Part shown: positions 8,350 to 17,401 of the stretch, one piece after another
How the letters are laid out: every line of letters starts with the position of its first letter
Numbering within the stretch: the first letter of the stretch is position 1
IMG/VR virus record: IMGVR_UViG_3300005518_000004
Coordinates: 1,869-65,868 of that record
Source of the DNA: a virus
Lineage: Duplodnaviria; Caudoviricetes
Strand: one strand, 5' to 3'
DNA: 64,000 nt
Notes under the pieces: generated by a model
The model's database searches: none
What the model was told of the DNA's origin: nothing
What the model saw: the letters and a program-made list of their open reading frames with translations, nothing else
Made by a program: the position numbers and the translations under genes

Positions 8350-10544
8350 TCCGCGTCTACCTCGATCAGCAGCTCATCATGCACCGGCAGCAGCGCCTCC
8401 GCGTATACACCGCTTGCCCTGATCCCCTCCAACACTCTCTCGACGCGCGCCATCCCGATCTTCATCACGCCGGCGGCAGCGGCCTGGATGGGGAGATTCC
8501 CCGCCTGCCTCAACCCCGCGTACTGAACGCGCTCCAGCTGACTACGGACTTCTGGTACCAGACGGGTGCGCCCAAACATATCCCACACCATCTCGTACCG
8601 CCTAGCCCTCCAATGCTGGAGCTGAAAATACTCCAGCGCGTCTGGGTATAAATTAAACCACTTCTCGATGAATCGCTCGCACCACTCGATGTCCAGCCAG
8701 TCAGGCATGGGCAGGCCAGCAGTCGCATACGTCACCGCCATCAGGTCGTACAACCCGGAGGCAGTTAGCCCATAACAGTTGCTGACTAATTTGCCTTCGA
8801 CGGTGAAGCGCCTGCGGGGGCCTGCATTGCGGATGTCGTAGACCGGCGTCTCCTGGGAAATCGGCACAGGATCTCCTGCCAAGAGACTCCCTGAGCGGCT
8901 AAGCGCCTCGTCGTGCCGAGTGTCAGGCGAAACCATGGGTAGTCCCTTACTAGCACTGGGTACAACTGAGTGGCAGTCAGTACTTGATTCTTGTAACGCA
9001 CCCATTTGTTCCGTCGTGTGTTGCTGCCATTTTCCGAACGTGTCTCTAGCTCTAGATTCCCTGGCGCGTAGTGGCCGTCGTTGTCCTTTCGGCCAATATC
9101 CACTCCCCGATATGTCGGGTGCGGCAGATAGCGCAACATGTACTTTATGAAGTGCTCCGGGCTCTGAAACCTGCACTCGATCCCCCGACCGCCATAGTTG
9201 GGCCAACTCGGGCTCCTTGGGTTGGTGCAGCGCTGCCACATAGCCGAGTAGCGTTCCTGTAATACAAAGGCTCTCGGATCGCGGTATTTGGTCTGTTGGC
9301 ACTTGCACTGTCGGCTTTTGCCACTTAGGATGTTGTCCACCGATACTTCCCTCACTACCTCGCAGGCCGTGCAGGTCATTTTCACATGCCTGTATGCCTT
9401 CCTCCCCAAGCGGTAAATCTTTGACGCCACCCGGAGCGTATCGAACGGGATGCTCTCCACGGCCTGTAACAGCAAGTTCAGATCCCTCGGCCACGGCTTG
9501 GGATAGGGGGATCTTTCGACCGTCTTGTACCCAAACTTTATGGTCCGGGGTCGCGGTGAGTCCTTGGTAGGTGATGACTCGCTTGATGCCTTTGTAGATG
9601 ACTCCTTCATGGCGGACGAACTCCTCTCCGTCCCATACCATATCATGACATGACACGTTTTGTATAGGAATCAGTCCATGGTTTGTGAGCACCTGCTGCC
9701 CATGCGCGATGCATACTCCAAAGTTAATGTTTTTGCACGGATTACGCTGGGATATCTTGTCCACCTTATCGGGGTCGTCAATCCCAAACGCCCTCATCGC
9801 GGTCTCGGTATGGATGTCGCCTCCCGACTCGAACACACGTATCATGGCCCGCTCCCGTGCGCGATCCGCCAGCAGCCGCAGCTCTATCTGGGAATAGTCG
9901 ATGCTAATGAGCCGGCAGCCGGGGCGCGAGATAAAGGCTCGGCGGATCATCTGGCCCAGCTTGGTGCGGGTAGGAATATTTTGCAGGTTGGGAAGTTTAC
10001 TGGCCAGGCGTCCTGTAGACGTCCTAGTAGTGGGCAGCTGGGTGTGTATGATGCGCAGATCGCCTTCTGCTTTCGCCAGCAGCGGCAGCGCGTCGGCATA
10101 AGTGGACTTCAGCTTGGATGCCTCCCTATACTCCAGTATCTTTGGGATAACGGGATGATCGCGCTTCAGCTTCTCCAGCTGCTTTTTCCCCGTCGATATC
10201 CTGAGGCCGCTGGGGGTGCGCTTCAGATCCTTCCCCTCTCCCAGCTTCAGCGCCTTGAACAGTAGATCGGCTATCTGCTCGGCGGAGTCTACGTTGATGG
10301 CGATGTCGTCCCCTGATTCAGCCAAAAACGCGTTGAGGTAGGCAGGCGGGATATAGGAGGTGATCTCCAGCTCTAGTTCCGCCATCTTCGCCGCCAAGAT
10401 CTCGCTAAGCTCCCCCAGCCTCTCCACATCAATCGCCACCCCCACCTGCATCATGCGGCAGATCTGGGGGATGGGGAGCAGATCGAGGGCACGCACGTTG
10501 GCTAAGTCAGGGTGGCCGGGAAGCTCGATGCCGCCGAATAGCAT
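8214..10544 (-). CDS. DNA polymerase family A, polymerase domain, with intein
   Basis: TGRLAS..PNLQNIP, motif A DYSQIELR, motif B R..K.INFGV/CYG interrupted, motif C VHDEL. Confidence 0.97.
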   Translation of the reverse strand: MLFGGIELPGHPDLANVRALDLLPIPQICRMMQVGVAIDVERLGELSEILAAKMAELELEITSYIPPAYLNAFLAESGDDIAINVDSAEQIADLLFKALKLGEGKDLKRTPSGLRISTGKKQLEKLKRDHPVIPKILEYREASKLKSTYADALPLLAKAEGDLRIIHTQLPTTRTSTGRLASKLPNLQNIPTRTKLGQMIRRAFISRPGCRLISIDYSQIELRLLADRARERAMIRVFESGGDIHTETAMRAFGIDDPDKVDKISQRNPCKNINFGVCIAHGQQVLTNHGLIPIQNVSCHDMVWDGEEFVRHEGVIYKGIKRVITYQGLTATPDHKVWVQDGRKIPLSQAVAEGSELAVTGRGEHPVRYAPGGVKDLPLGEEGIQACENDLHGLRGSEGSIGGQHPKWQKPTVQVPTDQIPRSESLCITGTLLGYVAALHQPKEPELAQLWRSGDRVQVSEPGALHKVHVALSAAPDISGSGYWPKGQRRPLRARESRARDTFGKWQQHTTEQMGALQESSTDCHSVVPSASKGLPMVSPDTRHDEALSRSGSLLAGDPVPISQETPVYDIRNAGPRRRFTVEGKLVSNCYGLTASGLYDLMAVTYATAGLPMPDWLDIEWCERFIEKWFNLYPDALEYFQLQHWRARRYEMVWDMFGRTRLVPEVRSQLERVQYAGLRQAGNLPIQAAAAGVMKIGMARVERVLEGIRASGVYAEALLPVHDELLIEVDAEWAEEVEEVCRWEMERALVDESGELRCRVPIKTEGSIMTRWAKAA
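8778..9713 (-). mobile_element. Intein (312 aa, Cys278-Asn589) in PolA motif B
   Basis: Block A CIAHGQQVLT, block B TPDHKVW, block F VYDI, C-terminal VSN followed by extein Cys; removal restores KNINFGVCYG. Confidence 0.93.
8786..9610 (-). CDS. HNH homing endonuclease nested in the +1 frame of the intein (start uncertain: 9646, 9610 or 9475)
   Basis: CTAC...NILSGKSRQCKC module, MWQRCTNP...NYGGRGI, IGRKDNDGHYAPGNL...SEN..N; AGGAG 10 nt before ATG 9610. Confidence 0.85.
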   Translation of the reverse strand: MKESSTKASSESSPTKDSPRPRTIKFGYKTVERSPYPKPWPRDLNLLLQAVESIPFDTLRVASKIYRLGRKAYRHVKMTCTACEVVREVSVDNILSGKSRQCKCQQTKYRDPRAFVLQERYSAMWQRCTNPRSPSWPNYGGRGIECRFQSPEHFIKYMLRYLPHPTYRGVDIGRKDNDGHYAPGNLELETRSENGSNTRRNKWVRYKNQVLTATQLYPVLVRDYPWFRLTLGTTRRLAAQGVSWQEILCRFPRRRRSTTSAMQAPAGASPSKAN

Positions 10545-11885
10545 CTACTGATCCCAATCTTCTACCGGCACTTCCACCGCCAGCTGCTGGTCCATCCACG
10601 TCCCTACTCGCCCCGTCACGTCGGCATCCCTACACCCATACTCCACGACTTCCTCCAGCGGCACATGCCCAATCCCAGGCCTCGGCACCTCCCCGCATAC
10701 TTCTACCAACTCATCAGTCACCAGCCCCGCCGCCTCCGCCCGCTCCCAGATGTCATAGTCAGGCTTGTGGGCGTGCTTGATGATCCTGGCGATGTCACGC
10801 TCCATCGCCGTACGCCTATAGGTGATCTTGAGCTTGGTTTTGAGCTGCGTCTCCTGCCGCTCCCGGTTATCGCTCGCCCAGTCCCATGCCCTCGACAGCC
10901 ACTCCACCATGCGGGCGCGGGAGTAGGGCATCACCAGATCCTCCCAGGACTTCATCCGAATGCCGAATAGCCGCCACCCTAGCGCCTTCAAGCCTTGTGG
11001 TAGGTTGCCTCGGTGATACGCCTCTTGCATGGTGTCACGGAACTTGAACCCGGTAATCCCCATTTGCTCTAACCAGTAAAGGTCGTGTGGAGCATTGTGT
11101 AGGACGAGCCCTTCATAGTGCTTGATGTAGCCCTTGAACCATTCAAGCATTTTTGGCTCATTCAGAATCATGAATCCGAAGTTGGGGGATTGGGAAAACT
11201 GTAGCGAATAAGCGCCTTCTGCCGTGTTTTCTGTATCTACCGCCAGCCAACCTGACTGCCCGTATGCTGCTGCGAGCGGCGCATGGGTTAAAAGAGAGTA
11301 TTGTGCATACCGAATACCATTAGGCGGCACCCACTTCTCCCTCCGCCACTGACCCATGCGCTCAAAATCCTGTATGAGCGGTATCATGAGGCTGGTCTGA
11401 TGCAACCCCGCAGCCGGATGGTAGCTGGGCCACACCCACCCCTCCCACGCCCCTAACACGCTTCTGGCATGTTGCTTCTCCAGCCAGAGCGGTATCCCAT
11501 GGTCCTTGTCTAGCTCAATCTCAGGCACTAGCTTGCACGCGGTCGCCCCCAATGGCACAATCACCCTAGGCCTGCACCTGGCTACCTCCTCTGCCAGCCA
11601 GTACCGCGCACACGCCGACATCTGGGCCTCGGTAGGCTTGGCATTAGATGCTCCTAACCGACACTTAAGTACGTTGGTGATGCGGACCTGGGACCTATCG
11701 AGGCCTGCTAAGGGCAGATACAGCCCATCCAGCTCCACTCCCGCATCTCCCACAAACACCCGCTGCCTCCTGTCCTCTTCCTTCCCCGGCTTCTCCCCAA
11801 TCAGTAGGTAGTCACAGGGCTCGGGGCCGGATGGGTGGACGAAGCGGCAGTTGGGATCGCAGGCGGAGCAGCGGCTAACCATCAA
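10545..11885 (-). CDS. Uracil-DNA glycosylase (family 4-like) fused to 3'-5' exonuclease; N-terminal half of a split SPO1-type polymerase
   Basis: CxxC, IGEKPG, FVG, TNVLKCR, YHPAA; ExoI AVDTE, ExoII HNAPHDL, ExoIII YGCRD. Confidence 0.92.
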   Translation of the reverse strand: MMVSRCSACDPNCRFVHPSGPEPCDYLLIGEKPGKEEDRRQRVFVGDAGVELDGLYLPLAGLDRSQVRITNVLKCRLGASNAKPTEAQMSACARYWLAEEVARCRPRVIVPLGATACKLVPEIELDKDHGIPLWLEKQHARSVLGAWEGWVWPSYHPAAGLHQTSLMIPLIQDFERMGQWRREKWVPPNGIRYAQYSLLTHAPLAAAYGQSGWLAVDTENTAEGAYSLQFSQSPNFGFMILNEPKMLEWFKGYIKHYEGLVLHNAPHDLYWLEQMGITGFKFRDTMQEAYHRGNLPQGLKALGWRLFGIRMKSWEDLVMPYSRARMVEWLSRAWDWASDNRERQETQLKTKLKITYRRTAMERDIARIIKHAHKPDYDIWERAEAAGLVTDELVEVCGEVPRPGIGHVPLEEVVEYGCRDADVTGRVGTWMDQQLAVEVPVEDWDQ

Positions 11886-12067
11886 TCCCTACTAGCGCGC
11901 AATAACTCACAGCCACTGTCATAACCAGCCTGATAAACAGAATCCAGCAAATCCACTACTTCCTCTACCATGCTTCTAGTCCATCCACCAGACTTCCGCA
12001 AATAAGCTACCAACCTGCCTTCTCTATACACGCTAAACCCCTCAGGCATCGCTATCAGATCGTACAT
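11882..12067 (-). CDS. hypothetical protein
   Basis: 61 aa with SD, coupled to neighbours. Confidence 0.6.
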   Translation of the reverse strand: MYDLIAMPEGFSVYREGRLVAYLRKSGGWTRSMVEEVVDLLDSVYQAGYDSGCELLRASRD

Positions 12068-12290
12068 ATCCCCCCTCCGCTTTCAACTCCTCTAATCCCT
12101 GCCGCTCCACCCGCATCTTCTCTGCTGCCTCCACCACCTTGGGATCGCGCCTAGCCCGCTTGATACTGGATATCGCCTGCTGCCGCGATACGTCCCATGC
12201 CTTGGCAATAGCGTCAAAAGTGTCTCCGCGATTCCGCCTCCACAGCATATCCACGCGGCGATTGAAGTGGTAGAGCTGGAGCCAGGTCAA
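12042..12290 (-). CDS. sigma-70 region 4-like HTH protein
   Basis: GDTFDAIAKAWDVSRQQAISSIKRA. Confidence 0.65.
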   Translation of the reverse strand: MTWLQLYHFNRRVDMLWRRNRGDTFDAIAKAWDVSRQQAISSIKRARRDPKVVEAAEKMRVERQGLEELKAEGGYVRSDSDA

Positions 12291-13018
12291 CGATTAAGCG
12301 CCTCTACGATCTTCTTCGCCCCCACCTTACCCACCGCCCCCTTGATCAGCCAGTCCTTCTCGGTCGCCATCACCATCTCCCGAACGCTCCCAAACTTCTT
12401 CGCTACTTCCCGCGCTCGCTGATCCAGCCCAGGCAACTGTAGCGCTACCTTCTCCACTAGGCTGACTCTACGCGGCACCAAGCTCATTCGTCTCCCCTGC
12501 TGCCCGTCTGCCGGCGCATAAACCATGTCATGAGCCTTGTGCTTGGCCCACTCCTTATCCGTCCACCACCGGTATAGGTCCACTATCTGCCATACTGACT
12601 CGCGCGGTGAAGCAGTGCGCCGATATACAACCCCAGCAAGAAGCTCCAGAGTTGTGAGATAGGCATCCACAGCCCGGTAATGAATGCCACGACCATGATT
12701 GCGGGACCAAGTACCGTTGTTGATCTCCAGTTCACCGTCTTCTCCAGGTCGCCATATCCCCTCCACAATCAGATAGCAGTAGTCGTACTGTTCAGCCATC
12801 CCCGGCAGCTGATGCCCCGACAGCCGCTTTGACTGCATGGAGGCAACCAGATCGTGTATGGTTTTGCGCTCGACGACAACCGCGCATTCCCCATTCGGCC
12901 CATGCCCCACAAAATCTGCATCCCCGTAGTCGAGCTTGGAGCGCTGGGGCCGGATACCAAACGGCTCGAATAGCCTAGCAAGCTCCCAAGAACCGGTCCG
13001 ATAATCAAGACGGATCAC
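12287..13018 (-). CDS. ERCC4/XPF family nuclease with C-terminal HhH
   Basis: GDADF, VERKT..DL, YLIVEG, LPGL, GAVGKVGAKKI. Confidence 0.9.
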   Translation of the reverse strand: MIRLDYRTGSWELARLFEPFGIRPQRSKLDYGDADFVGHGPNGECAVVVERKTIHDLVASMQSKRLSGHQLPGMAEQYDYCYLIVEGIWRPGEDGELEINNGTWSRNHGRGIHYRAVDAYLTTLELLAGVVYRRTASPRESVWQIVDLYRWWTDKEWAKHKAHDMVYAPADGQQGRRMSLVPRRVSLVEKVALQLPGLDQRAREVAKKFGSVREMVMATEKDWLIKGAVGKVGAKKIVEALNR

Positions 13019-13296
13019 TGAGTAGTATTGAACCAAGGCAGGGCATCCTCGGCTTCCATCTGCCTTCTACGCTCCTCCGCCAGCTCCTGCTCCGCTTGGT
13101 ACTCACGCTCTATGATCGTTTGCAGGTGATCGGAGAAGCTGCCCTCCGGTCGGCGGATATCCACCTTCTCATCCACGATGATCACGCTATTCCCCGTAGC
13201 CTCCAGCTTAGCCATGTCGGCGGCTGCTAATGGATCATCAGCGTCAACTACAGTTTCAAACTCCGTTGTCCGCGTCACCCGTATTAGATACTCCAT
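13015..13296 (-). CDS. hypothetical protein
   Basis: MEYLIRVTRTT..., SD present. Confidence 0.65.
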   Translation of the reverse strand: MEYLIRVTRTTEFETVVDADDPLAAADMAKLEATGNSVIIVDEKVDIRRPEGSFSDHLQTIIEREYQAEQELAEERRRQMEAEDALPWFNTTQ

Positions 13297-13298
13297 AT

Positions 13299-14132
13299 TT
13301 ATTCCCCTTCCTGCCCGATCACCATCATCAGGTTCTCCCACGTAATCCCCTCCCCCGCCAACCCATAGTCAGTCAGATCCTGCCCCTCCAGCAGCGTGTT
13401 GCCCTTGCAGCGGATAAGCTTGCACTTGTATTTGGCCCTGTAGGCGTCCTCGGGGTCCATATCATACTTCTTCTGACCGCTCGACAACTCAATAGTGGCC
13501 GTGACAAACCGATCGATCTGGTTGAAGCCGTCGGGCTTGAATTTGCCGCTGGGGGCTTGCTTCTTCTTCCCCTGTGTATCCACTTCCCCGGTGTCCTTCC
13601 ATATTTCGGTAGCTTTGCAGATCAGGCAGAGGTTCTTCTTGCTCAGGGCATTGATGATGTCGATCATGTCCTGGTTGGGGGCGCCGCGCATGAACGACTC
13701 GATCTGGTTGCGGCGGCCAAAGTGGGAGAAGAGAATATAGTCGAACAACTGGCTACAGCGGTCGATCACGATATTCTCCACGTCTTTGTGGTCGTGCAGC
13801 GCCATCAGCCGGTCAATCACCCGCTTCAACGCCTCCGCATACACGGCCTTTACCTTTTTGGGGTCGTCGTTCATGGCGATCTCGACCGCTGCCTTCTCGC
13901 CGATGAATGGTTCCTTGTTGATGAGTATGGGTAGGCCACGCTTCACCCGGTGCTCATCCACGGTGGCCTTGGAGTTGCGATCGAGCGCGATCCAGCCGCT
14001 CATGCCGCCGTTGGTGGGGAGAGTGGTGCCAAACCGAGTGGTCCCCGTGTTCGCCTCGCCGAATACGCAGACGGCTGGCTTGACATCGGGCTTGGTGTCG
14101 GAGGTGAAGCCCTCTATTTTGATCTCACGCAC
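13299..14132 (-). CDS. Sak4/AAA_24-like P-loop protein (degenerate Walker A)
   Basis: VCVFGEANTGTT, IALD, NIVID; lies next to nuclease and SSB-like genes. Confidence 0.65.
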   Translation of the reverse strand: MREIKIEGFTSDTKPDVKPAVCVFGEANTGTTRFGTTLPTNGGMSGWIALDRNSKATVDEHRVKRGLPILINKEPFIGEKAAVEIAMNDDPKKVKAVYAEALKRVIDRLMALHDHKDVENIVIDRCSQLFDYILFSHFGRRNQIESFMRGAPNQDMIDIINALSKKNLCLICKATEIWKDTGEVDTQGKKKQAPSGKFKPDGFNQIDRFVTATIELSSGQKKYDMDPEDAYRAKYKCKLIRCKGNTLLEGQDLTDYGLAGEGITWENLMMVIGQEGE

Positions 14133-14775
14133 GCGCCCGCTCCGGCTCTACCTGATCCTTATTTGCCATGACCACATTCCTCCAAAACTCCTCCAGCTCC
14201 TGCTCGGTGAATCGTAGCAGGTAGGTGCGATACACAGGCGAGGGCGGTCGGTAGTCGCCATTCACCCATAACACATGCAGCCGCGCGTAAGTGAGCCCCA
14301 TCATGGCGCAGTAGCCCGCCATCTGCCACACCCATAACCGGTTCAAGGGGGCTAGGATATCGCCGTATTTGTTGAGCGACTTCCACGTACATTTAAACTC
14401 CTCCAACCAGTAGTACTTGGATGGGCTGGCTTCCTTAGACTTACCATCCGGGCTGCCAAATATCCCATCCCTCTCACATTCCCCAGGTTGCCACTCAATC
14501 GTCGGCCACAACCCCACTGCCCACTCCTCCCAAGCCATCCCCACCGCCATCCTCACCGGCATTCCATCCTCCTCATCCTCCCGCGTCAATATGCCCGCTG
14601 TCCTTGCCGCATACTCGATCACGCCGCTGAGATGGATGCCGGGTGAACGGGTAGTCGAGATGCGGCGCTTGGGGGTGCGGCTATTGATGTCCGACCAGTC
14701 GAGTTTGATTTCGGATTCGGATATGAGCTTGGGCATTGGTGAGTTAGCCGGGGACCAAACAATCGGGGTTTTCAA
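14125..14775 (-). CDS. PD-(D/E)XK (RecB/Cas4-like) exonuclease (alternative start 14736)
   Basis: G.AWE, GSPDG, EEFKCT, WQMAGYC. Confidence 0.8.
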   Translation of the reverse strand: MKTPIVWSPANSPMPKLISESEIKLDWSDINSRTPKRRISTTRSPGIHLSGVIEYAARTAGILTREDEEDGMPVRMAVGMAWEEWAVGLWPTIEWQPGECERDGIFGSPDGKSKEASPSKYYWLEEFKCTWKSLNKYGDILAPLNRLWVWQMAGYCAMMGLTYARLHVLWVNGDYRPPSPVYRTYLLRFTEQELEEFWRNVVMANKDQVEPERARA

Positions 14776-14826
14776 GGCCTCTACGACTGTTCAGCCCCCT
14801 ACCTCAGTACTGAGGATCTTATTCAA

Positions 14827-15759
14827 CTACCAGGGAATATCGCTCCCCAGTCGTCCCTCGTCGCCAAACACCACAGTCCCCTTGTCGAAGTCCACTGTCA
14901 TGCCGTAGTCGGCGGCATGTTTGCGTAACCAGGCGTCGTCCTTGGTAAACGACATCACCGGCACAAACAAGCGGGGGTCGATCTTCCGCTCCTGTAGCTG
15001 CTGGTTGATGCGAGTGTTAAGGGCCTTGCGGGTCATGGAGACGCCAGGATTCGCCTCCTGGAGCGTGACCAATATCATCGCCAGCAGCCCCTCGGCTTCA
15101 GCGCCCTTGTCCTGCCCATTCGCCGCTGCCCCGACTGGTGCCTTCCCCGTGGTCTTGGATTTGGGCTTCTCGTAGGGGGCACGGATGATGCGGTCGACCA
15201 CCTTGTAGTTGATGGTGTTCTTGTCGTCGGGCCTGATCTTCTCGTCGGTGACTTTGGTCTTCATACGGCACACTAGCCCCTTGAAGTCGGGCGCCCAGAT
15301 GCGATCCAGATACTCTTCCTTGTAGCCGGCGTCCTTGAGCGACCCATAGAGCTGGCTCACCGACGACTTCTCATGGGGCATCCAGCTGGTATTGACCAGA
15401 AACAGGGTATTGCCCCGGCTCTCCCCCGGATCTGCCCCTGCATCCTCGATCTCGTTATCATCCGGCGACTCAGCCTTACCCGGATGCACTTGGGCCAGCG
15501 ACTTGCCGCCGCATGAGAATAGCAGCCGCTCGGTCACGGGCGTGTCGTCTTCCGGGTGGGTAAGCGGCTCTAGCTCCTCATCCAACCGCGTCACATCCCA
15601 TACGAGCGACGTGGTAATCAGCCGATCCGGCATCCCCGGCTGTGGATCTTGCGGCTTAGGCACAGAGAAATAGCTGTCATCGACCCTGACATTCCCCTCC
15701 TTGAATCCGCCACCGGTCGATTTGACGGCGTTTTTGGGGTTGAGTAGTCCTTTTGGCAT
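14827..15759 (-). CDS. putative ssDNA-binding / recombination protein
   Basis: Beta-rich N-domain, C-terminal DIPW tail, position in the recombination module. Confidence 0.5.
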   Translation of the reverse strand: MPKGLLNPKNAVKSTGGGFKEGNVRVDDSYFSVPKPQDPQPGMPDRLITTSLVWDVTRLDEELEPLTHPEDDTPVTERLLFSCGGKSLAQVHPGKAESPDDNEIEDAGADPGESRGNTLFLVNTSWMPHEKSSVSQLYGSLKDAGYKEEYLDRIWAPDFKGLVCRMKTKVTDEKIRPDDKNTINYKVVDRIIRAPYEKPKSKTTGKAPVGAAANGQDKGAEAEGLLAMILVTLQEANPGVSMTRKALNTRINQQLQERKIDPRLFVPVMSFTKDDAWLRKHAADYGMTVDFDKGTVVFGDEGRLGSDIPW

Positions 15760-15777
15760 TGCGTTCGATTCTCCTTT

Positions 15778-15987
15778 TCAGTATTTCCTGCCAAGCAGTT
15801 CGAGCGCTCGGCTTAAGTCTGGGTTGCGTTCCAGCAAGCCCAAAAGTTCGTCTGTTCTAGCTAATTCCAACTGCGCCCGTTCACGCTCCCCCTCAATCTG
15901 CTCTTTGAGCGTGATAGGGCGCGCTGAAGGCAGCTGAGTAGCATATTGCAATTTGTCTAGTTGCTCGCCGCCATACGACATGTTCAC
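15778..15987 (-). CDS. hypothetical protein
   Basis: Strong SD AAGGAG. Confidence 0.7.
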   Translation of the reverse strand: MNMSYGGEQLDKLQYATQLPSARPITLKEQIEGERERAQLELARTDELLGLLERNPDLSRALELLGRKY

Positions 15988-16009
15988 CTCTCTCCTTTTG
16001 GCTTTCGAT

Positions 16010-16043
16010 TACTATAGCTCACTCTAGGTTACAATTCAACCTA
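16010..16043 (-). promoter_or_regulatory. sigma70-like promoter overlapped by palindromic box
   Basis: Minus TTGAAT-17-TATAGT; TAGGTTACAATTCAACCTA at 16025-16043. Confidence 0.7.
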
Positions 16044-16049
16044 AATCTT

Positions 16050-16202
16050 TCAATCATCTTCCTCATCCACATACTGCCCCGGCCCATGGCAGCGCGGACA
16101 CCATTCCACCGGGTGCCGCTCGTCGCAGGCACACTTGTCCCACGGCTTGCGGCACTCCGAACATATCTCGCCTGTGCCGTCACAGACTTCACATATGGTC
16201 AT
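16050..16202 (-). CDS. 50-aa Cys-rich zinc-finger protein
   Basis: MTICEVCDGTGEICSECRKPWDKCAC...CPRCHGPG; ATGA-coupled; absent from ORF track. Confidence 0.7.
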   Translation of the reverse strand: MTICEVCDGTGEICSECRKPWDKCACDERHPVEWCPRCHGPGQYVDEEDD

Positions 16203-17371
16203 TGTAGGAAGCCTCGTTCATATTCCGTCTTCATCCGCGCCGTCAGCCCATACCGCACAATCCCCGTCAGCGACTTCTCCCGCTCGACCACATGATGGAC
16301 AGCAAGATCCTGCAACGTCCGCAGCATCACTGACTGGCTGCATCCGACCAAATTCATAGCTTCTTCAGCTGATATCGTTGGATTGATTAGCAGATACTCC
16401 ACCAGCATCTGCCGCATCCGCGGCATGGAATCCAAGGCTACACGCTTAATAGACTTCCACCGATTCGCTTCTGACACACCTACGACTTTGAGCCCCGCCA
16501 TGAGTTGCCCCAACGTCCCCGCGAGGCGACTCGACTGCTCCGTCTCCCGCGGCCCAATAATCTCCCTCGATCCCGATGTCTCCCGCAACACGGCTGATCG
16601 GCATGGGGCTACGAAGCTGGCAATACGGATGATGCGTACCATTTCAGCCGTCATCATCTCCGGTCGAGCCGCAATACTCTTGAATCCCAACTCCTCCACG
16701 TCAAAGAACGACCGCATCAGCTCCCTCAACTCCTCCCGCCATGAGCTGAACCCCGCATTTACCAGCGCGCGCCGCGACTTGTGGTAGCCGTCTTCCTCGG
16801 TCAGCCGATAGTAGATCCAGCGTTCCCCGAGCGATGCCGACACCGAGTGGTAGTGGTCGATCGACCCGGTAGCCCCTCCCAGAAACGCGAGCTTGCCGCA
16901 CCAATGCAGTATCTTGCCCCCGTCCACCCCCATCGCCCGGTCATATCTGCCACTGAAGGTTTGCCGCATCACGTCCATCACGATGCGTATCTGGTCGGCT
17001 GGCAGCGAGAGTATACAGCTCAGGTCGTCAATCACCAGTGCCCCAGCTTCCCCCACTTGGCGTAATAGCCCCCCAGTAGCATCCGTGGCCCTCTCCCGGG
17101 CACTGGTGCCGCTCAGAAACACGCCCTTACCCTCTAGGCTGCTGACTGGGTGGACGCCTGGCACCCCCAGCAACGCCATCAGCAGCTCCGTCTTCCCGCT
17201 CCCCGGCGCCCCTACCAGCATCAGCCAAACCGGGTTGCCCTCAATCATGTTGGCCGCCAAGCTCCCAATCACTGTATACAGCATCAGGGGATCGGGCATA
17301 TGCAGGTATTCGCGCACCTTAAGCGCAAGCCAGTCAATCGGCGTATCTGGCAATCCTCGGAATCTAGCCAC
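16199..17371 (-). CDS. AAA+ ATPase, probable replicative helicase (MCM-like) with C-terminal wHTH
   Basis: GAPGSGKT, GGLL, LVIDD, LGERW. Confidence 0.75.
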   Translation of the reverse strand: MARFRGLPDTPIDWLALKVREYLHMPDPLMLYTVIGSLAANMIEGNPVWLMLVGAPGSGKTELLMALLGVPGVHPVSSLEGKGVFLSGTSARERATDATGGLLRQVGEAGALVIDDLSCILSLPADQIRIVMDVMRQTFSGRYDRAMGVDGGKILHWCGKLAFLGGATGSIDHYHSVSASLGERWIYYRLTEEDGYHKSRRALVNAGFSSWREELRELMRSFFDVEELGFKSIAARPEMMTAEMVRIIRIASFVAPCRSAVLRETSGSREIIGPRETEQSSRLAGTLGQLMAGLKVVGVSEANRWKSIKRVALDSMPRMRQMLVEYLLINPTISAEEAMNLVGCSQSVMLRTLQDLAVHHVVEREKSLTGIVRYGLTARMKTEYERGFLQ

Positions 17372-17401
17372 GGATGCGGTCGTAGGGATACCAGTGTATC
17401 G

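Noticed and set aside
8900-9500. In-frame LAGLIDADG endonuclease in the intein
   Set aside because: No LAGLIDADG blocks in frame 0; the nuclease motifs are in the +1 frame.
10545-10547. Genome-wide amber (TAG) recoding
   Set aside because: Many full-length genes end properly in TAG (capsid 45887, 36992, 51307), genes are not fragmented under the standard code, and no suppressor tRNA was seen.
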